A DNA stretch of 64,000 nt, taken from Candidatus Onthovivens sp. Lineage in GTDB: Bacteria > Bacillota_I > Bacilli_A > RFN20 > CAG-826. The stretch is from contig JAXDXW010000004.1 of the NCBI GenBank assembly GCA_034087725.1, positions 49,422 to 113,421 on the forward strand. Reading direction: 5' to 3'. Made by a program: the position numbers and the translations under genes. The stretch's first letter is position 1. Every line of letters begins with the position of its first letter. Positions 57,526 to 64,000 of this stretch are shown here, one piece after another. The notes below the pieces were generated by a model. That model searched no databases, was not told the origin of the DNA, and saw only the letters and a list, made by a program, of their open reading frames with translations.

Positions 57526-58382
57526 TGCGTGTTGATATTATACCTCCATTCGGTTTTTGCTTTGGCGTTAAAAAAGCGATTGAAGATGCTATAAAAATAA
57601 AGAAAGAAAATCCCAACAAAAGAATATTTATTTATGGTGATTTAGTTCATAACAAACATGTTATGGATTATTTAGTATCAGAAAACATATTCAATATCAA
57701 AGCAAGCGGTGATTTTTCTTTCGATACGAGAGATTTAAATGTAAATGATATTCTAATTTTTAGTGCACACGGGCATAAGTTAGATTATGAAAAAGATTTA
57801 GAAAAAAGAAACATTACTTTTTATTCTACTACTTGCAAAAATGTTCAGAAAAATTTAGATTTAATCAAAAATAATTTAAATCGCGGTGTTATTTATATTG
57901 GAAAAAATAACCACCCTGAAAGTGTTGCTGCATTATCAATTTCATCAGAAATTATTTTTTTTGATATTGAAAAGGGGACAATGGATAAAAAATGCAAATA
58001 TTCTTCTCCTATAATTATTAATCAAACAACTCTATCGATTCTGGAATTGAATGATATCTACTCAATTATAAAAAGAAGTATTCCTAGATCAGTCTTGTCT
58101 GATGAAATTTGCTCTGCAACAAGAATAAGACAAGAGGCTATTATTAATTTAAGCGAAGACTATGATTTAGTGCTTGTTGTGGGTTCAAAAAAGAGCAGCA
58201 ACACTACAAAGTTATATTCAATTATCAAAAGAAATAAACCAAAAATAGATTGTTTTTATATAGAAAACTTAGAAGATTGCTCTTTAATTGATAAAAAAAA
58301 TTACAATAATGTAGCTATTGTTGGAGGAACATCAACCCCACAAGAATGTTTATTTAAAGTTAGAGACTTTTTGGAGCATTAG
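57525..58382 (+). CDS. ispH: 4-hydroxy-3-methylbut-2-enyl diphosphate reductase (MEP pathway)
   Basis: Three conserved Cys (FGFCFGVK, SAHGH, TTCKNV...) and IspH/LytB-type domain repeats, in a 285-aa protein. Confidence 0.85.
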   Translation: MRVDIIPPFGFCFGVKKAIEDAIKIKKENPNKRIFIYGDLVHNKHVMDYLVSENIFNIKASGDFSFDTRDLNVNDILIFSAHGHKLDYEKDLEKRNITFYSTTCKNVQKNLDLIKNNLNRGVIYIGKNNHPESVAALSISSEIIFFDIEKGTMDKKCKYSSPIIINQTTLSILELNDIYSIIKRSIPRSVLSDEICSATRIRQEAIINLSEDYDLVLVVGSKKSSNTTKLYSIIKRNKPKIDCFYIENLEDCSLIDKKNYNNVAIVGGTSTPQECLFKVRDFLEH

Positions 58383-58383
58383 T

Positions 58384-59112
58384 ATGAACGATTTTGTTTT
58401 GACTAAGAAAATAAATCATATTGCTATTATAATGGATGGCAACGGAAGACGGGCTAAGAAAAGAGGGCTTCCAAGAACGTGTGGACATAGAGAAGGGTGC
58501 AAACGAATAATTGAAATATTTGATTTGTGTAAGAAATACAATATAAAAGTATTTACACTATATGCCTTCTCAACCGAAAATCGGAATAGGCCTAAAGATG
58601 AAATAGATTGCCTTTTTAATTATTTAGATGATTTTTTTGATAAGAATATTAAAAAATTTATTGAAGAAGGGGTGCGCGTTCAACATATGGGAGATATTTC
58701 TAAGCTTCCTAGCCATACTCAAGATATTTTAAATGAAGCGCTTGAATTAACTAAAAATAATAATAAATATGTATTTAATATTTGCCTAAATTACGGTTCT
58801 AGGCAAGAAATTGTCAGAGCTTGCAAAAAATTATATACCGATATATCAACTGGTAAAATTAATGAAGATGACATTGATACTAATACTTTTTATAAATACT
58901 TAGATAGTGGAAACCTTCCTGAAGTAGACCTTCTTATAAGAACAAGCGGAGAAAAAAGGTTATCGAATTTCCTTTTATATCAGGTTGCTTATACTGAATT
59001 TATATTTACCTCAACCTATTGGCCAGATTTTAAAGAAAAACAATTAATAGAGTGTTTAAAAGAATATTGTGAGCGTGATAGAAGGTTTGGAAGAATAGAG
59101 GAAGACAAATAG
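58384..59112 (+). CDS. uppS: Undecaprenyl diphosphate synthase (cis-prenyltransferase)
   Basis: HIAIIMDGNGRRA, FSTENRNRP and RTSGEKRLSNFLLYQ. ATG 58384 lies 1 nt after the ispH stop; the ORF-track start at 58318 is an upstream extension. Confidence 0.9.
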   Translation: MNDFVLTKKINHIAIIMDGNGRRAKKRGLPRTCGHREGCKRIIEIFDLCKKYNIKVFTLYAFSTENRNRPKDEIDCLFNYLDDFFDKNIKKFIEEGVRVQHMGDISKLPSHTQDILNEALELTKNNNKYVFNICLNYGSRQEIVRACKKLYTDISTGKINEDDIDTNTFYKYLDSGNLPEVDLLIRTSGEKRLSNFLLYQVAYTEFIFTSTYWPDFKEKQLIECLKEYCERDRRFGRIEEDK

Positions 59113-59122
59113 AGGCTATTAT

Positions 59123-59854
59123 ATGATAAAAGCTGTATTTTTTGATTTAGACGGGACATTAGTTCCTATGGATGAAAAAAAGTTTATAAAATTATACATC
59201 GATTCTTTGTTCGAAGAAGTTAAACAATTTCATATCGAAAAAGAAATTTTTACCAGAGCACTTATGAAAGGGCTGATGGCGATGATTAATAATGACGGCT
59301 TCGTTTCTAATGAAAATTTATTTTGGGAAGTATTTGATAACGAACTTGGAATGAAATTAAGGGATAAAAAAGATATATTTGATAAATATTATTTAAATAA
59401 CTTCAAATGCGTAAAATTTGCCACAGGCGAAAGTCCTGAATCAAAAAAAATAATTGAGTTTTGCAGGGTTTTAGGCTTAAAAACAGTACTTTCAACAAAT
59501 CCGATTTTCCCAAAACAGGCAGTTATAACTCGAATGAATTTTGTTGGTTTAAATACGAATGATTTCGATTATATAACATCATATGAGAATTCTTTTTTCT
59601 GTAAACCGAATCCAAAATATTTTGCTTCTTTGCTAAAAGAATTAGGTTTAAAGCCAGAGGAAGTTTTAGTTTTTGGGAATAATAAAGAAGAAGACTGTTA
59701 CTGCTCAGCACAAGCTGGTATAAAATCTTATTTGGTAGATAATAGATGTTTAATAATTCCAGACTCCGTAAAAGATGAACAATTTGAATGTATAAAAATA
59801 AATGAAGTCAATGATGTTATACAAAGAGAGATTGAAAGAAATAAAACTATTTAA
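59123..59854 (+). CDS. HAD-superfamily hydrolase
   Basis: Motif I FFDLDGTLV and motif II LSTN. It contains repeat copy l, and its stop overlaps the convergent pfk stop by 8 nt. Confidence 0.7.
   Translation: MIKAVFFDLDGTLVPMDEKKFIKLYIDSLFEEVKQFHIEKEIFTRALMKGLMAMINNDGFVSNENLFWEVFDNELGMKLRDKKDIFDKYYLNNFKCVKFATGESPESKKIIEFCRVLGLKTVLSTNPIFPKQAVITRMNFVGLNTNDFDYITSYENSFFCKPNPKYFASLLKELGLKPEEVLVFGNNKEEDCYCSAQAGIKSYLVDNRCLIIPDSVKDEQFECIKINEVNDVIQREIERNKTI
59443..59474 (-). repeat. Copy l of the dispersed repeat (inside the HAD gene)
   Basis: The reverse complement is AAAACCCTGCAAAACTCAATTATTTTTTTT, encoding ...KKIIEFCRVLG... on the plus strand. Confidence 0.65.
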
Positions 59855-61031
59855 TTCTAAAAGGTTTTACTAAATATTTTGTTCCTTCCACAAGAGGAGA
59901 AATATATTCTAAAAAGTTGTCATTAATTCCGTTTCCATCTTTATTAATATATTTTAAAGGCAAAAATTGAACCTCATTTGCCATAATTGATAGTTTTTCT
60001 AGTGAAAATTCATATTCATATGGTGAAGAAGTTTTTCTAATTATAATTACTCCCTTCCCGCTATTTCCCTTTATTGCTTCTTTTAACGCATATTTTGAAG
60101 CATTAATCGCTATTTCTTTTTCGATATCCACTGGTAGATATGTTGAAGCTCTTTGCATTAAAGATAGTTCCATATATCTTGTTTTGTAGCCAAATTCTTT
60201 CTCAATAGTTTTAGTTAAAATGATACCCAAGCCTCCTAATTGAGAATGGCCGAATTTATCAACATTAGAGTTTGCTTTGAAGATAAATTCTCCTTCTTTA
60301 TTTTTGAGTCCTTCACTAACTACAACAATACAATGTTTCTTTTTTTCGTAGATATTCTTCACATCCTTTAAAAATTGATTAATATCAAATACTCCTTCAG
60401 CTACATAAATTAAATCGGGTTCACAATTTACTAGTTTACAAAGTTTAGAACTTGCAGCTAGCCAGCCGGTGTTTCTTCCCATTGTTTCTATGATATTAAC
60501 TCTTCCAACTTTATAAGAAGCATCGTCTATTGTTATCTGAGTTACAACATTTGCGATGAAAATAGCTGATGTTAAATAGCCTAAGGAGAAATCCGAACTG
60601 GGTAGGTCATTATCGATAGTTTTATTCAACCCAATGCATCTACATTCGTAATTATTGTCTTTTAGGAAACGATCTATTTTATTAATTGTATCCATTGAAT
60701 CGTTTCCACCATTATAGAAAAAATATCTTATATTATTATCTTTAATTGTTTTAAAAATCTTTTGAAAAATTATTTTGTCTTTTTCGTAATCTAAATGAAT
60801 TCTATTGCTACCAAAAGCAGCTCCCGGTGTAACTTGAAGACTTTCAATATTATCTTCTGGAGTTATTTTAATCAGCTCGTTATTAATTATTCCATCTAAT
60901 CCAAATCTTGCGGCGAATACCTCATTTATTTCCTCGTGAATAAAAGCTTCTTTAATTAAACCATAAGCAGAACAATTAATAACACTTGATGGTCCGCCAC
61001 CTTGCCCGTACAATAAATTACCTTTTAACAT
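59847..61031 (-). CDS. pfk: 6-phosphofructokinase family enzyme (ATP- or PPi-dependent)
   Basis: GGGPSSVIN nucleotide loop and MGRNTGWLA (MGR motif). An AGAGGT RBS lies upstream on the minus strand. Confidence 0.75.
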   Translation of the reverse strand: MLKGNLLYGQGGGPSSVINCSAYGLIKEAFIHEEINEVFAARFGLDGIINNELIKITPEDNIESLQVTPGAAFGSNRIHLDYEKDKIIFQKIFKTIKDNNIRYFFYNGGNDSMDTINKIDRFLKDNNYECRCIGLNKTIDNDLPSSDFSLGYLTSAIFIANVVTQITIDDASYKVGRVNIIETMGRNTGWLAASSKLCKLVNCEPDLIYVAEGVFDINQFLKDVKNIYEKKKHCIVVVSEGLKNKEGEFIFKANSNVDKFGHSQLGGLGIILTKTIEKEFGYKTRYMELSLMQRASTYLPVDIEKEIAINASKYALKEAIKGNSGKGVIIIRKTSSPYEYEFSLEKLSIMANEVQFLPLKYINKDGNGINDNFLEYISPLVEGTKYLVKPFRIK

Positions 61032-61046
61032 TTAGATACCTCTAAT

Positions 61047-61086
61047 AAAAACCTGCAAAAATATGTGGGTTTTGCAGGCTTTTTTA
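61047..61086. terminator. Inverted pair of the dispersed repeat core forming a terminator hairpin (copy m)
   Basis: AAAACCTGCAAAA-ATATGTG-GGTTTTGCAGGC TTTTTT: a 9-bp CCTGCAAAA/TTTTGCAGG stem flanked by an A-tract and a T-tract, downstream of the PfkB kinase gene (minus strand). Confidence 0.7.
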
Positions 61087-61103
61087 TCAAAAAATATAGC
61101 TTT

Positions 61104-62045
61104 TTAGAATTCTTTTATTTTGTAAACTGCAAAGTCAATTTTCTTTGCAAGAGCTTTAACTTGTAGTTCTGATAAGAATCCCTCTGAAGATCCACTTACA
61201 CCAATTTTGTAACTTGTGAATATTTCAGCAAGTTTTAAAGCTTCTAACGGATCCTTTCCTTTTAAATAGAAATGATTAAATGCACTAAATAAAGCATCAC
61301 GCGAACCAACTGTATTCACTATATCTCTAATTGTAATTGCGTCAATATGGTATACAACTCTATCTTTACCTATAAGAATCATTGCACCTTCTCTACCTTC
61401 GCCCAAAATTATAATTTCATTGTGGTATGCATTATAGAGATCTACTAAGAAATCTTCATAAACTTTATCTTTGATGCCTCTTTCACTCAAAAATACAATA
61501 TCACTGTTTTCTAAAAATTCTTTATTAAATTCGTCGTAAATAGTTCCAATTATGTGAACGTCAGTTGCGACTTTTTTGCCTAATTCTTTAGCTTTCTTTA
61601 ATAATGGTCTATTGAAATTCGAATTGCATAAAACAACTAAATCAGCACTTTCGATTGCCTCTTTTTCTTCTTCAAATGAATTTGATAATTCTTGAACATT
61701 TTTTAAGTCGCAATATGTTTCAACATTTCTATATCTATCAACTAAAACGACTGTATTTGGTGTTTGTTCTAAGGTTTCTTTAACATTGGAAACATCGATT
61801 TTACACTTTTTGGCTTCATTAATTATGGTTCTACCAAGCAAATCTTGTCCAACATGTGATGATAATAAAGTTTTATCACCAAGAGTCGTTAAAGCTTTAG
61901 AAATATTGAAAGCTGTACCTGAAACGGAACTGGTTACTCCAAAGAAAGGATAATCAATTGGAAAATATTGGATTGGAAATTTTTCAACATTTAATATCGT
62001 TTCAAAATTGAGTAATCCAGAGACATAAATTATATTTTTTTTCAT
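61104..62045 (-). CDS. PfkB/ribokinase-family carbohydrate or nucleoside kinase
   Basis: Ribokinase-like fold with the C-terminal NTVGSRDALFSAF anion-hole/ATP motif (a DTxGAGD variant). Confidence 0.7.
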   Translation of the reverse strand: MKKNIIYVSGLLNFETILNVEKFPIQYFPIDYPFFGVTSSVSGTAFNISKALTTLGDKTLLSSHVGQDLLGRTIINEAKKCKIDVSNVKETLEQTPNTVVLVDRYRNVETYCDLKNVQELSNSFEEEKEAIESADLVVLCNSNFNRPLLKKAKELGKKVATDVHIIGTIYDEFNKEFLENSDIVFLSERGIKDKVYEDFLVDLYNAYHNEIIILGEGREGAMILIGKDRVVYHIDAITIRDIVNTVGSRDALFSAFNHFYLKGKDPLEALKLAEIFTSYKIGVSGSSEGFLSELQVKALAKKIDFAVYKIKEF

Positions 62046-62252
62046 TTGTTTTTTCTCCTGTTGTTTTTATTATAACATGGAAGCCTAAACTTTAAAGATT
62101 TTTAGTATTTAAAAAATAATTTAGAAAAATTAGCTTATTTACAATCTAATTTTGAATTAATTTAAACACAAAAATTAAATATTTAAAAAACGTAGTGAAT
62201 GATATAAACTTTAAATAACAATAATGTAAGCGCTTACATAGGAGGAATCATA

Positions 62253-64000
62253 ATGGGCTTCGAATCCAAAAATATTAGGAATATTGCTATCTTAGGCCAT
62301 CAAGGTTCGGGTAAAACTAGCCTTGTTGAGTCGTTGTATTCTATTGCAAATAATGTAGCAAAAGGTAGCGTAGATAAAAAAACATCAATATCTGATTATC
62401 TAAAAGAAGAAAAAAATAGATTAAGTTCAATTTCTACATCAGTTGTGCCTATCGAACATAATGGTGTTAAATTAAATTTATTAGATATACCAGGTAATGA
62501 TGATTTTATTTGGGAAGCAATTTCAATTACACATAGTGTTAAAGGTGCAATATTGGTAATTGATGCCGCTAGCAAAGTACAAGTTGGAACCGTAAAACAT
62601 TTCAATATGTTAAAAAAGAGAGGCATCCCAACTATTATATATGTTAATAAGATGGACAAAGGAAATCCTTCATATGACGAAATTCTCGGGGACTTAGTAT
62701 CCAACTTTGGAAAAGTTTGTGTCCCGTTTACTTTACCTTTAGGACATAATGATAATTTTGATGGGTTTGTAAATGTTGTCGATTTAAAGGCTAGAAAATA
62801 CAACGGAAAAGAATGCGTTGATGATGAAATATATGAAGATAAGAAATTAAAAGTCTTTGAGTTACATAATACTATTTGTGAAGCCGTTGCTTTAACAGAT
62901 GACAATTTACTCGATAAATTCTTTAGTGGTGAACCTCTAACTCACGAAGAAATACATACTGGTCTTAGAAAAGGTGTTTTAAATGGTGAACTCGTACCTA
63001 TTATTTTCGGTTCTGCAGAAAATAACATAGGTTTACATACCCTATTATCGATGCTTATTGACTATTTACCTTCTCCTACAGATTTAAAACCATACGATGG
63101 CTTTGATTCAAATGGTAAAGAAATTTCACGAAAAACTGATCAAAACGAACCATTTAGTGCTTATGTTTTTAAAACAACAATAGATCCATATTTGGGTACA
63201 ATTAATTATTTGAAAATTGATAGTGGTGTATTGCATCTTGGCGATGATGTTTATTGTCCTCAAACTAGAAATACATATAAGATAAGTAGTTTATTTACTC
63301 TTTGCGGGAAAACTCAAACTAATGTTACAGAAGTTGTAGCTGGAGATATATGTGCGGTTAGCAAACTTGATGATATTAATACTTCATATACGCTATGTGA
63401 TAAAAATAACATCATTACTTATAAACAAGTCAAGTTCCCAACGGCGGTTGCTTTTAAAGCAATATCTTTAAAAGATAAAAAAGATGAAGAAAAGTTAAAT
63501 CCTGCGCTTTCAAAAATCATGAAGGAAGATCCTACAATTGAGATTAAACGTAATGTTGAAACAAAACAATTATTGGTTGGCGGATTAAGCGATTCCCACC
63601 TACAATTTGTTTTTGACAAAATCAAAAATAATTTTGGTTTAGACTTAATTTTAGACGAGCCTAAAGTATGTTATAGAGAAACAATTAGGGGAAGTGCTCA
63701 AGCAGTCGGTAAATACATTAAACAATCGGGCGGAAGCGGTTTTTATGGTGTTGTTGAAATGAAGTTTGAGCCAGCTGAAGAATCTTCATTCACTGAAGAA
63801 ATTTTCGGTGGTTCAGTACCTAAGAATTATTTCCCTGCTGTAGAAAAAGGCTTTAATGAAGCTTTAGGACAAGGATTATTGGCTGGCTTCCCTGTAATCG
63901 GAGTTAAAGCAACATTGTTAGATGGAAAATATCATCCAGTTGATAGTAATGAATTAGCATTTAAAATGGCTGCTATACTAGCTTTTAAAGAAGCTTACCC
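62253..64000 (+). CDS. EF-G-like translational GTPase paralog (EF-G2/ribosomal-protection-like), 5' part; continues beyond the window
   Basis: GGAGG lies 7 nt before ATG 62253. G motifs GHQGSGKTS, DIPGNDDF and NKMDK, then EF-G domains II-IV. The frame is open to position 64000. Confidence 0.8.
   Translation, partial: MGFESKNIRNIAILGHQGSGKTSLVESLYSIANNVAKGSVDKKTSISDYLKEEKNRLSSISTSVVPIEHNGVKLNLLDIPGNDDFIWEAISITHSVKGAILVIDAASKVQVGTVKHFNMLKKRGIPTIIYVNKMDKGNPSYDEILGDLVSNFGKVCVPFTLPLGHNDNFDGFVNVVDLKARKYNGKECVDDEIYEDKKLKVFELHNTICEAVALTDDNLLDKFFSGEPLTHEEIHTGLRKGVLNGELVPIIFGSAENNIGLHTLLSMLIDYLPSPTDLKPYDGFDSNGKEISRKTDQNEPFSAYVFKTTIDPYLGTINYLKIDSGVLHLGDDVYCPQTRNTYKISSLFTLCGKTQTNVTEVVAGDICAVSKLDDINTSYTLCDKNNIITYKQVKFPTAVAFKAISLKDKKDEEKLNPALSKIMKEDPTIEIKRNVETKQLLVGGLSDSHLQFVFDKIKNNFGLDLILDEPKVCYRETIRGSAQAVGKYIKQSGGSGFYGVVEMKFEPAEESSFTEEIFGGSVPKNYFPAVEKGFNEALGQGLLAGFPVIGVKATLLDGKYHPVDSNELAFKMAAILAFKEAY

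Noticed and set aside
62396-62905. 169-aa minus-strand ORF near the window end
   Set aside because: It is antisense to an EF-G-like gene that has a GGAGG RBS and all GTPase motifs. That gene was missed by the ORF track only because it has no stop inside the window.
1-64000. CRISPR arrays, prophage, IS elements or integrases
   Set aside because: No direct-repeat or spacer arrays, no transposase, integrase or recombinase-like ORFs, and the two tRNAs (27608-27683 and 29482-29555) flank only housekeeping genes (rdgB and a small Zn-ribbon protein) with no att-like repeat.

Overview
The window is a low-GC (roughly 30% by eye) chromosomal segment of a Firmicutes or Mollicutes-like bacterium that uses the standard genetic code. 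TGA terminates several genes, and prfB carries the classic CTT TGA C +1 frameshift site. The segment is densely packed with housekeeping genes on both strands and has the following contents.

- **Housekeeping gene run (start of window):** the 3' end of prmC, then tsaC, rpiB, comFA, comFC, secA, prfB, a YitT-family membrane protein, uvrB, typA (minus strand), secG and folD.
- **Downstream of folD:** a divergent ThyX-like gene, a DegV gene, a macro-domain fusion protein, psuG, a codon-optimised iron alcohol dehydrogenase, an ~800 bp ORF-free region, nfnAB-like oxidoreductase genes, and nnr.
- **Middle of the window:** a 1016-aa MFS transporter fused to a GH2 glycosidase, tRNA-Lys(CUU), rdgB, tRNA-Gly(UCC), trxA, TraX-like and CPBP membrane proteins, yigZ, mrp/apbC, pepP, cls, and a MacB-type ABC transporter operon that ends in a degenerate galactokinase-like (GHMP) protein.
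- **Distal part:** a CYTH protein, nadK, maf, rnj, a second YitT paralog, an XRE regulator, an acyltransferase, def, an epimerase, a rhamnose cluster (rhaR-like AraC regulator plus rhaBAD), an endonuclease/exonuclease/phosphatase (EEP) protein, a thioesterase, ispH, uppS, a HAD hydrolase, pfk, a PfkB kinase, and the 5' part of an EF-G paralog.

No transposase, integrase, prophage or CRISPR array was seen.

The most unusual signal is a dispersed, oriented ~28-30 bp repeat with consensus AAAACCCTGCA(G/A)AAC-(3-6 nt)-ATTATTTTTT, present in at least 13 copies.

- Copies occur on both strands, at gene ends and inside coding regions in different reading frames.
- One inverted pair forms a terminator hairpin.
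- Together with the competence genes comFA and comFC in the same window, this resembles the uptake-signal-sequence repeats of Pasteurellaceae and Neisseria.
- A miniature interspersed element or a protein-binding module are alternative explanations.

Other points of interest:

- The degenerate GalK-like protein is tightly coupled to the MacB/FtsX ABC transporter.
- The ThyX-like protein is translationally coupled to folD but has altered catalytic motifs.
- The MFS-GH2 fusion is an unusual domain arrangement.
- Three genes have a TGTATAAT element 7-10 nt upstream of their ATG and no Shine-Dalgarno sequence, consistent with leaderless mRNAs.
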